Below, piece after piece: positions 56,340 through 64,000 of a stretch of 64,000 nucleotides of DNA; position 1 is the first letter of the stretch, and the number at the start of each line of letters is the position of its first letter. This DNA is from Pseudomonadota bacterium. Lineage in GTDB: Bacteria; Bdellovibrionota; Bdellovibrionia; Bdellovibrionales; JACTMU01. The stretch covers positions 8,065 through 72,064 of the forward strand of contig JACTMU010000079.1 of NCBI GenBank assembly GCA_014584465.1, given 5' to 3'. Under the pieces are notes generated by a model. It made no database searches and was not told the DNA's origin. It saw nothing but the letters and a program-made list of their open reading frames with translations. The position numbers were made by a program, and so were the translations under genes.

Positions 56340-57626
56340 TTACCACGATCCGGTCGACCCAGCTACGCTGCGGGATGTTCGCTTCGGACGTGAACCGTAT
56401 GAGCTGGGTGAGGAGCGATTCGAACCAGACCTTTGTTCTGGGACTCTTTTACGCAAAGGGCGCTTGCCACTTCGTCTTCTCTTTGCACCCGGCAGCGCCG
56501 ATCTCATCCCTTCACCGATAAGAGCATCAGGAATATCATACTTTCTCACGAGATTGTTCCAGGCACGACACTCCTGCAAAGTCACAAAACTTACAGCTTC
56601 GCCTAGGGCACCATTACGTGCCGTACGACCCACACGGTGAACGTAGTCCTCATCGAACATCGGTAAGTCAAAGTTTATTATGTGTTCCACGTGGGGCACA
56701 TCGATGCCACGTGCAGCGACGTCCGTTGCGCAGAGAATTCGAGTTTCACCACTCTTAAAGGCCTTGAGTGCGCGATCCCTTTGCCCCTGCGTCCGTCCAC
56801 CATGTATGAGGTCTGCAGCAAAGCCATACTCCACCAAATGCTTTTTGAGTCGTTCCGTGCGAGATTTGGTCTTTAAAAAAACAATGACGGACCCTTTACG
56901 GCTATTGAGTTCATCCACAATGCGGTCAGCTTTGTTCTCCAATTCAACCCTCACAACAAACTGTTTGACCGTCGAAACGGGTCGAGATTCATCAAGCAAG
57001 AGCGAAAGTGGATTGTTCAGATATTTCTGAGCAAGACCCGTGACTTTCTTGTCCAACGTCGCCGTGAAAAACGACGTTTGTCTTTCACTGGGCAGATATT
57101 TGAGAATCTGTTCAAGCTGAGGCGCAAATCCCATATCAATCATGCGATCACCCTCATCAAGAACGAGATGGCCCACATTGTGGATCTGAACAGTGTTTCG
57201 TTTTAAGTGATCAATGAGCCGTCCCGGCGTGGCCACAATGATTCTGGGTCTACGCTGAAGGGATTTGAACTGTTTCCGAATGTCCTGCCCGCCAATCAAT
57301 TGGGCCGAGTAGAGGTCTTTCGGATCGGCAACCAGAGAGCGCAAAAACTCCGTGATTTGCTGGGCCAGTTCACGTGTTGGCACCAACACCAGTCCCTGCG
57401 ATTTGGGATCTTTAAGGAGTTTTACGATCATAGGGATCAAATAGGCTCCTGTTTTCCCAGAGCCGGTTTCCGCACGGGCCATAAGATCACGCCCTTCCAG
57501 CAAGAGCGGGATTGCCTTCTTCTGAATTTCGGTGGGATGGATGAAATTTACTTTCTCAAGGCCTCGCACAAGAAGCTGAGGAAGATCGAGCTCTACAAAA
57601 CTTTGCATAGGGAAGTTCCTTTTCAA
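56340..57626 (-). CDS. DEAD-box-family ATP-dependent RNA helicase (RhlE-like) with a variant DEGD motif II
   Basis: Q-motif PTEIQ, motif I AETGSGKT, PTRELA, motif II LVLDEGDRM, ATDVAARGIDV, HRVGRTAR, and a basic C-terminal tail. Confidence 0.9.
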   Translation of the reverse strand: MKRNFPMQSFVELDLPQLLVRGLEKVNFIHPTEIQKKAIPLLLEGRDLMARAETGSGKTGAYLIPMIVKLLKDPKSQGLVLVPTRELAQQITEFLRSLVADPKDLYSAQLIGGQDIRKQFKSLQRRPRIIVATPGRLIDHLKRNTVQIHNVGHLVLDEGDRMIDMGFAPQLEQILKYLPSERQTSFFTATLDKKVTGLAQKYLNNPLSLLLDESRPVSTVKQFVVRVELENKADRIVDELNSRKGSVIVFLKTKSRTERLKKHLVEYGFAADLIHGGRTQGQRDRALKAFKSGETRILCATDVAARGIDVPHVEHIINFDLPMFDEDYVHRVGRTARNGALGEAVSFVTLQECRAWNNLVRKYDIPDALIGEGMRSALPGAKRRRSGKRPLRKRVPEQRSGSNRSSPSSYGSRPKRTSRSVAGSTGSW

Positions 57627-57834
57627 CGGGTCCGATCACGAAAAGAGAACTCAGAACAACCCAGATTCCCTTAAATGATCTAAAGCTCTTACCCTAGTTT
57701 ACCGCACGATGCCAACGAAAAAGAGTCTAAATCATGATTTTTCAATATAAAGCCTTGATTTTCCGCCTTGATCCCGCAAATTTCGCCTCCAAACCGGGTC
57801 TGAAATTGGCCAAGGGACAAGAGGGATACGGGCC

Positions 57835-60800
57835 CTACTTTCCACTTATGGAGTATGCCCACACGGTCACTCCCGATACAACCCCATCTGTGAAGATGCA
57901 GGGCTGAAGAAGAGCTCCTTCACCCTGAAATGAACCCATATTGGGCGCATAGATGCAGGCCTCACCACTTTCGCACAGGGAGTTGTTGTTTCCGATCTGA
58001 TCCCCATTGATTTCGATGGCATGAAGTAAGAATGTCTTTGAAGCCATGGTCGTAGAATCGCTCCCACTCACTCCGTCTGGACAGCTGCTCCCAGAGGTAA
58101 AGGTCGCGTTGGACGCAGTTCCAGTGACACTGCGATTGTGGAGTGGCTTTCCCGTAACCACACGCCAGTCCCAAATGCGACATGTACCCGAGATGCAAGG
58201 ACCTTGATGGGACGAATTTGGAAAAGTTAGCCCATCCATCCCAAACCCCCTAAAAAACGAGTCAAAGTTCATCCAATCCACAATTGAAGCGTAGGAGGAC
58301 GTGCCGGCCGGTGCGCTCCCGTTTGTTGTGTCCGAACTTACCTTGCCTAGAAAAGTTGACGAGAGATCTGTTGCAATCGTTGTGACCGATCCAGAAGCAC
58401 ACGCAGTGTCCAATCCGCCACCACTGCAACCATTTGCAGTGCTTCCTTTGTGAAAGAATCCAGTGAAGCTCACCGACTGACTGCCACTTAGATCCACCGC
58501 AAAGGAGCCGTGATTGGCTGAGACCGTATCATGGAAGACATTGCCGGTACCACCACCGCCTGTGGGCGACTGAATTCCCTTATCCGTGTTCATAGTCACC
58601 AGCGAGTGAACATAGGTCCCATTCACACTCCCCGAAAGGTAGATCCCATTGTAGGTGTTGTTCACGGCCGTCACATATTGGATGATGTTGTCGGTCAACG
58701 ATGTGGTCCCATCGAGGAAAATTCCCGCATCGCTACCCCCAAACAGCGTTGCCTGACTTATGATGTTGCCCGAAGAAGCAATATAAATCGCCGAACTGGC
58801 ATTTGCACTGACTGCAACCTTTATATTTGAGATCGTGAGACCCGAGAGCATGTTGTTGGGGCCTAAGACCTTTAGACCATGGCTCGAACTGCCTGCATTC
58901 ATCTGAGACAGGCGAACCTCTTCCAAACGATTGAAGCTAGAGGAACCCGTGAGCATAAGAAGCGTCTGGCTTATCGAACTTAAATCAGTATTTCTACTCA
59001 CCGAAAAATCGTGCAAGATATTTTTACTGCCTGAAACTCGAGCCCCTCCCATCTTTCCCACACCCTCCGCATTTGATGATGTGATCAGATTCGAGTTGGA
59101 TAAGTAGCCGGTGGTACCCAGTTCAATGGCTGCCATTGAGTTGCTATTGTTCTTGAGATCCTTGATTATGACTTTATGAAGCCGACTGAATTTGGTCCCT
59201 ACGAGATTCATTCCAACCACAAGAGGCCAGGTCCCATTCGTCCCGTTGATCTGCGTTTCCAACCACAAGAAGTTTTGATTGGCCGAACAGATCATCTCTG
59301 CCAGCGCCGAGGAACTCGCGTAACAATCGCCCGATGCAAAGTTGTTGGTCGTCGCACCTGTTGATCGAAGGATCCCACCCCCAAGCGAGACCACTGCAAC
59401 ACGGTGAGCTGAAATCTTAATTCCCAGAGTCGTAAGTCCACCTGGTGGAACGAAGTAGATTGTTCCCGCACTGTTAAGATCGGTAAGACTTGAAGGGTTT
59501 GCTCCGAGAGCGGAGATAGGATTTGTCCACCAACACGTTGGAACACTCTGTCCCACGACGTTTCCACCCTGGTGAATCGTCACGCTGTTCGTCTTCCATG
59601 TGCCTCCACTTGCAATCAGATCGCCAAGTCCAACACCTGGCTTCAAGCCCTTTGAAAAGAAGGTCGCTGTTCCTGAGACATCTTCACAAAACCAATCCAA
59701 CGCATTCAAACTCTCAACCAGTGTGAGACCTGAGCAAGATTCAAAACCTGCCACCTCCACCATACGTTTTTCACCACCATGAATGCAGCCATTGATTTCT
59801 CCATAGTATCCGACCTCGGTCCCATCACAAGAGGCATTGGGTTGTTCGTGAACCTCGCTGTTTGAATCTGTGAATCTTACATAACTATTCCAATCACTAT
59901 TCCCGACATAAACTGGCTCAACCAGAACCGTTACAGGAGCGCTCACCACCAAATCGTGGTTCGCCCCAAGGGAGCCAGCACCCGACACTGCCGGTAAAAT
60001 CAAATTTGCACTGTTGCCAGCATGGTCCACCAGGGTCCCCGAGAGGGCGAGCGAACCCGAAGTCAGGTAATCAAGATCTGAGGAAAATTCCCCCTCTGCG
60101 ATCGTGTATTGAAAAGTGAGTGTACTGGAGCCAGACCCTGAAACGTAGGAGGCAGCTCCTGAAGAGTTGAGTGCCAAGATCATCGATCCACTTAAGGTCA
60201 CATCTTCACTGAAATGCACGTTGATCTCGATGTCATTTCCTGCTCCGTAAGTGCCATCGGAATTGGTCGACGTGACCTGTGTGACGGTCGGTGCTGTGGA
60301 GTCGTAGGTTCTCAACAGCGGATCAGATGCGAGATTTCCATTCCCCGCCAGGTCGACCAACATCGCCTCGGCAACAGAAATGCTCACACTTCCCTCAGAC
60401 GTTGGCGTTACAACTGCCGCAAATGAAGTATGGTCTGTGGTCGTCAGCGAACTCAACGTCCCACCAACCGCAGTGAGGTCACTTAGTGAAAAGCCACTCA
60501 CCTCTTCGGACGCCACAATGGAAATGGCAAAAGACCCATTGACCGCAGAGTCGCTGGTGGAACTCAAAGAGAGAGTGGGGGCCGTCGTATCAAGAACGTA
60601 GATCGCAACCGAAGAGCTGCAGGTTGAACTCCCATGATCGTTGGATTGCCTGCCACTAAAGAGATGAGACCCCTCAGACAACGAGGAGATGTTAAATAGA
60701 ACCGAAGCCCCTGATGCGACTTGCGTGCCGATTTCGGTTTCACATCCACCACCTAGATAGAGGTGGACTGTGTCTCCTTGAGAGACACCATTGACCTGAA

Positions 60801-61827
60801 TCGTAGGACTCACGACGTAATTTGGAGAAGTTGAAGGAGAATAGAGCACCACCGAAGTTGGCGGGGTAGGCGGAGCAGATGCCGTGGGTGGATTGGGATC
60901 AGGTGCCGGAGGTGATGTCTCAGGAATTTCACTCGAATCATCATCAACAATGTCAATCAAAACTGAACTTGTAAGGAGTCGAGAATTGATCGTATTTGAA
61001 AAAACGACACTGAAAGATTCCAAAGCTTCTGCCACGAGGTCATCCACAAGAGAAATTGAGATCTGTTTCAAAGTTTCCCCAGGGGCAAAATCAAGTTGCC
61101 CTGAACCACTCAAGAAATCAGATGAAGCAATGGCGGTTCCATCCACACTCTTCCATCCAATGGATACCACCGACGAACTCACCCGGTCCAGAGCCACACT
61201 TAAAATGACATTTCCAGTTTCACCTGACGGTTGTTCTAAAACAGAAATCGAGACCTGTGGCAACACTTCATGGTCAGAAATGCCAAATTGAAGCCAGTTA
61301 CAGTCATCAAGAATCTTCGAACCCACGATCGACGCCGTAATATCCACAGATTGGTCTGCAGCTCGAACATCCACAGTTGCCTCTCCCACCACCACTGGGG
61401 CCGAGAGATCTGTTCGGTCCATCTTTCCAGGGGCACAACGATAGTTGGCCGAGGTCCCTTGGCCTATAAGCACAATGCGTCGTCGATCCCCTGAAGTGAC
61501 TTCTAAAGAGACTGTCTCCCCTGAGAAATGGGGACCAGAGATCACTTCGGGCTTTAGATGGACAGCACCTTGAATATCCAAACAAGAACCTTTCGAAGCT
61601 TCTGGATACTCAACCGCGACCAGCCAGCAACGAATCTCCTCCATACCTTGAGGCGCAACGACGCCCCACTTTGACTTTGTGGAGGACTGAAGGCGTCGAA
61701 TCTTTTGATCGTTGGTACGAGCAATCTGATCGGGAAGTCGAATGGAAATGGTTGACGAGGTCTCCTTCTTTTGGCAGGAGACAATCCCTACAAACAAAAC
61801 AAGTCCCAATAGAGCGCGTGTCACCAA
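57835..61827 (-). CDS. Giant secreted surface protein: Calx-beta, Ig-like repeats and a beta-helix region
   Basis: 1330 aa with a signal peptide. The Calx-beta-like segment reads SVDGTAIASSDFLSGSGQLDFAPGETLKQISISLVDD. It also has a Pro-rich linker, Ig-like repeats (AGN.N...) and a Ser/Gly/Asn-rich beta-helix-like C-terminal half. Confidence 0.8.
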   Translation of the reverse strand: MVTRALLGLVLFVGIVSCQKKETSSTISIRLPDQIARTNDQKIRRLQSSTKSKWGVVAPQGMEEIRCWLVAVEYPEASKGSCLDIQGAVHLKPEVISGPHFSGETVSLEVTSGDRRRIVLIGQGTSANYRCAPGKMDRTDLSAPVVVGEATVDVRAADQSVDITASIVGSKILDDCNWLQFGISDHEVLPQVSISVLEQPSGETGNVILSVALDRVSSSVVSIGWKSVDGTAIASSDFLSGSGQLDFAPGETLKQISISLVDDLVAEALESFSVVFSNTINSRLLTSSVLIDIVDDDSSEIPETSPPAPDPNPPTASAPPTPPTSVVLYSPSTSPNYVVSPTIQVNGVSQGDTVHLYLGGGCETEIGTQVASGASVLFNISSLSEGSHLFSGRQSNDHGSSTCSSSVAIYVLDTTAPTLSLSSTSDSAVNGSFAISIVASEEVSGFSLSDLTAVGGTLSSLTTTDHTSFAAVVTPTSEGSVSISVAEAMLVDLAGNGNLASDPLLRTYDSTAPTVTQVTSTNSDGTYGAGNDIEINVHFSEDVTLSGSMILALNSSGAASYVSGSGSSTLTFQYTIAEGEFSSDLDYLTSGSLALSGTLVDHAGNSANLILPAVSGAGSLGANHDLVVSAPVTVLVEPVYVGNSDWNSYVRFTDSNSEVHEQPNASCDGTEVGYYGEINGCIHGGEKRMVEVAGFESCSGLTLVESLNALDWFCEDVSGTATFFSKGLKPGVGLGDLIASGGTWKTNSVTIHQGGNVVGQSVPTCWWTNPISALGANPSSLTDLNSAGTIYFVPPGGLTTLGIKISAHRVAVVSLGGGILRSTGATTNNFASGDCYASSSALAEMICSANQNFLWLETQINGTNGTWPLVVGMNLVGTKFSRLHKVIIKDLKNNSNSMAAIELGTTGYLSNSNLITSSNAEGVGKMGGARVSGSKNILHDFSVSRNTDLSSISQTLLMLTGSSSFNRLEEVRLSQMNAGSSSHGLKVLGPNNMLSGLTISNIKVAVSANASSAIYIASSGNIISQATLFGGSDAGIFLDGTTSLTDNIIQYVTAVNNTYNGIYLSGSVNGTYVHSLVTMNTDKGIQSPTGGGGTGNVFHDTVSANHGSFAVDLSGSQSVSFTGFFHKGSTANGCSGGGLDTACASGSVTTIATDLSSTFLGKVSSDTTNGSAPAGTSSYASIVDWMNFDSFFRGFGMDGLTFPNSSHQGPCISGTCRIWDWRVVTGKPLHNRSVTGTASNATFTSGSSCPDGVSGSDSTTMASKTFLLHAIEINGDQIGNNNSLCESGEACIYAPNMGSFQGEGALLQPCIFTDGVVSGVTVWAYSISGK

Positions 61828-62223
61828 ACATTCCCCTTTTCAGTTATCTTCTCTACGTCTTATCGGAAAGTCTTGCGGTTCTGAAGATCACTTGGAAAAA
61901 TATCTTTTGAGAGTTCTCAAAACGTGTCACGACTTGAATCAATCTGACTCAAGGACCCAATCGTTCCTTTTAGGATTCCATCCAACACTCAACTAAACCT
62001 AGAATCGCGCTCCATTCAATCATCCATTCTTGGTTCAAAATTGATGGCCATGTTGTCTCAGAAAGAGAACCCACACAAAGGAAGCATCGGCAAATCCACA
62101 GTAGGCTGGTTTGAAGGTGGTTGGCACCTGGATCCGAAAATCCTCTCTTTGGGAATTCGTCCTAGATTTTGGACCGACGATTCGTAGAAATGTTCTCTAA
62201 ATGGAATTGAGGCGTTAAATTAG

Positions 62224-62239
62224 TGGCACCGTATTTGCT
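62224..62239 (+). promoter_or_regulatory. Sigma-54 (-24/-12) promoter upstream of the heptapeptide ORF
   Basis: TGGCACCGTATTTGCT is an exact TGGCAC-N5-TTGC match. It lies about 50 nt upstream of the ATG at 62288. Confidence 0.6.
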
Positions 62240-62287
62240 TGAAGCTCATCGTTCGTTCAAACCGGGCGACGTTGCTTAGGAGGCACT

Positions 62288-62311
62288 ATGAACTCAACAG
62301 CACGCAATTAG
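62288..62311 (+). CDS. mccA: Microcin C-like heptapeptide precursor, MNSTARN
   Basis: ATG AAC TCA ACA GCA CGC AAT TAG, preceded by AGGAGG (62278..62283, 4-nt spacer). The peptide ends in Asn, as E. coli MccA (MRTGNAN) does. The ORF sits directly upstream of an MccB-like gene and is too short for the ORF track. Confidence 0.7.
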   Translation: MNSTARN

Positions 62312-62317
62312 ATGTAT

Positions 62318-62361
62318 TGGGAGCTTGAGTCCAGCAAAGGATCGATCAAGCTCCCATTTTT
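62318..62361 (+). terminator. Intrinsic terminator / attenuator between the heptapeptide ORF and the mccB-like gene
   Basis: TGGGAGCTTGA-N17-TCAAGCTCCCA forms a perfect 11-bp stem followed by TTTTT. It starts 7 nt after the TAG. Confidence 0.8.
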
Positions 62362-62444
62362 GAGGGACTCTGTTTCCAAAAGAGAAAACTGCAAGACCCA
62401 ACCATGTGGCATTTGCTTGCCAATACCGACGAGGGGGATGATCT

Positions 62445-63518
62445 ATGGATAAGCATAAAGTACTTCAACTGGCCAGGTACGTCCGATCTGGTGTTCAAAA
62501 CGGCATACTCTATTTTGGATTTGGATCCGTTCAACAAGCCATCCGTTGTCCAGAAATGCAACTTCAGGTTGCTGAAGTGGCCAAGCGTTGGGTGACCCCC
62601 TCTACGATCCTAGAGATCCAGAATCATCTGAGTGACTTAGGTGATTCCAAAGATTACAAACCCGCAATCGACTTCTTGATTGAACATGATTTTGTGAAGC
62701 CGGTCGAGTTTTTTGACCAATCTCACAGGTTCAGCCGTAGCCACCTGTTCTATTCAATGTACAAGGGAAACCCTCTTGAAATACAACGAATGATCTCTGA
62801 CAAATCCGTTGCGATCTTAGGATGTGGAGGAATTGGCAATATTGTGAGTGTCAATTTGGCAACCGCTGGGATCAATCGACTCATTCTAGTTGATCACGAC
62901 GAGATCGAGCTTTCGAATTTGTCAAGACAGATATTGTTCGTCGAAGACGACGTGGCAAAGAAAAAGGTGGATGTATTAAGTCATGAGCTAAGACGCCGTA
63001 ATTCTCAATTAGAAATCACCACCCAGTGTTCTCAAATTTCAACTTATGAAGATATTGAAAAGATAGGCCACCCCGACTTGATTGTTCTCAGTGCAGATGC
63101 GGGAGATATCTTCAATATTGTCAACCACTACGCTCTAAAGAACAACATTCCTTATCTTAATGTCGGTTATGTAGAGGATATCGCTGTGTTCGGACCATTT
63201 GTCATTCCAGGAGTGACAGGCTGTATGTTCTGTCAGGATACAACAGCAACAGTTGATGAGAGTGGTCACAATCCACTCACACCCTATCTAAAGCACATCA
63301 ACGAAAGCTATCAAGCCCCGTCCGTTGGGCCCGTCAACATGCTTGCTTCCTCATTAGCCACCTTGGATATTCTAAAGTATTTTGGAAAATTTGGCTCTAT
63401 TCTGTCGCAAAATCGCCGTGTCGGACTTTGGAGTCACGATCTACACTTTGAGTATCAGGATTACCAACGCAATCCAGAATGCAGGCAATGTGGCTTTCTT
63501 AACAATACAACAAGGTAA
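62445..63518 (+). CDS. mccB: MccB-like peptide C-terminal adenylyltransferase (ThiF/MoeB E1-like with an N-terminal peptide-clamp domain)
   Basis: 357 aa. Nucleotide-binding VAILGCGGIGNIVSVNLATAGINRLILVDHDEIELSNLSRQILF. Zinc CxxC pairs GCMFCQ and ECRQCG. YLNVGYVEDIAVFGPF, and an N-terminal extension of about 115 aa that ThiF and MoeB lack. Confidence 0.85.
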   Translation: MDKHKVLQLARYVRSGVQNGILYFGFGSVQQAIRCPEMQLQVAEVAKRWVTPSTILEIQNHLSDLGDSKDYKPAIDFLIEHDFVKPVEFFDQSHRFSRSHLFYSMYKGNPLEIQRMISDKSVAILGCGGIGNIVSVNLATAGINRLILVDHDEIELSNLSRQILFVEDDVAKKKVDVLSHELRRRNSQLEITTQCSQISTYEDIEKIGHPDLIVLSADAGDIFNIVNHYALKNNIPYLNVGYVEDIAVFGPFVIPGVTGCMFCQDTTATVDESGHNPLTPYLKHINESYQAPSVGPVNMLASSLATLDILKYFGKFGSILSQNRRVGLWSHDLHFEYQDYQRNPECRQCGFLNNTTR

Positions 63519-63530
63519 AGGTCGGCGGCA

Positions 63531-64000
63531 ATGAAAACAGTCCATCAGATTGTAAGACGATACTATTGTGTTAGCGCTCTCTTTGAGATGGCGAGAATGG
63601 GAATAGGGGCCACAAGTGTTCTCTTTATGCTCCATCATAATGTTACACTTTCAGATCTTGCATCCATCAAGATGATACAATGCTTTACCATGCTCATCGC
63701 GGAAATGCCTACCGGTCTATTCGCAGATGCATTTGGCCGAAAGAAGAGTATTGTATTGGCAAGTGTTTGCTCGCTACTTTCATTCACAATGTATTTACAA
63801 GCATCTGGATTTTCTGGCTTTTGTATCGCTGACATCTTCAATGCACTTGCGATATCTTTTTGGTCCGGAGCTTTTGATGCTCACGCCATCGAAACACTTG
63901 ACCAAAAGGGAGTCCCTCGGTCATTCTTAAACGTCTTCTTTTCTAGGGTGGCGAGCTATGACGCTGTAGGGGTCATGGTGGGCGGATTCGTTGGAGGCAT
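63531..64000 (+). CDS. MFS transporter, partial (runs off the window). Candidate MccC-like exporter / immunity protein.
   Basis: Manual translation from the ATG at 63531 stays open to the window end: MKTVHQIVRRYYCVSALFEMARMG...MPTGLFADAFGRKKSIVLA (MFS motif A-like), with successive transmembrane segments. Confidence 0.7.
   Translation, partial: MKTVHQIVRRYYCVSALFEMARMGIGATSVLFMLHHNVTLSDLASIKMIQCFTMLIAEMPTGLFADAFGRKKSIVLASVCSLLSFTMYLQASGFSGFCIADIFNALAISFWSGAFDAHAIETLDQKGVPRSFLNVFFSRVASYDAVGVMVGGFVGG

Noticed and set aside
1-64000. CRISPR arrays, rRNA genes, insertion sequences, integrases and prophage genes
   Set aside because: I saw no repeat-spacer periodicity and no rRNA-like conserved strings. 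I found no transposase, integrase or phage-structural signatures in any ORF. The only tandem repeat is the 17-bp unit at 44800..44839.

Overview
Gene-dense chromosomal window, roughly 50% GC by eye, with most genes on the minus strand. I saw no rRNA, intact tRNA, CRISPR array, transposase or integrase.

Content by block:
1. Left end: a sigma-54-driven TPR / Rossmann-like / GT9 glycosyltransferase operon. The GT9 gene runs off the window and is missing from the ORF track.
2. Housekeeping and signalling genes: radA, an exoD-like gene, a histidine kinase with a REC-PilZ partner, a GH15 glucoamylase plus fused otsA-otsB (trehalose), a hybrid kinase, meaB, a deaminase, an rfaE-II-like gene, rsmE and prmA.
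3. A large late-flagellar regulon: flaG-fliD-fliS-(fliT-like), three tandem flagellin paralogs, a YcgR-like brake, flgM-flgN-flgK-flgL-csrA-fliW, and flgF-flgG-flgA-flgH-flgI-flgJ-like. Sigma-28 and sigma-54 promoters can be read directly from the sequence.
4. Type IV pilus genes pilM-N-O-P-Q plus the prepilin peptidase pilD.
5. A dense c-di-GMP effector set: four PilZ proteins and one HD-GYP protein.
6. Secreted or surface proteins: an S1 protease lipoprotein, a fibrinogen-like YCD..GGW protein and a 1330-aa Calx-beta/beta-helix adhesin.
7. Right end (62.2-64.0 kb): a compact, AT-richer, microcin C-like cluster that the ORF track cannot show. It consists of a consensus sigma-54 promoter, a 7-codon ORF (MNSTARN), a strong intrinsic terminator, an MccB-like E1 adenylyltransferase and an MFS exporter that runs off the window.

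A second candidate novelty is a 247-nt non-coding spacer between flgI and flgJ. It is packed with CA(N)GGA motifs displayed in hairpin loops, and it lies in a genome segment that also encodes CsrA and FliW.

The gene content (multiple flagellins, many PilZ proteins, type IV pili, secreted hydrolases) resembles Bdellovibrio-like predatory bacteria. That taxonomic guess is inference only.
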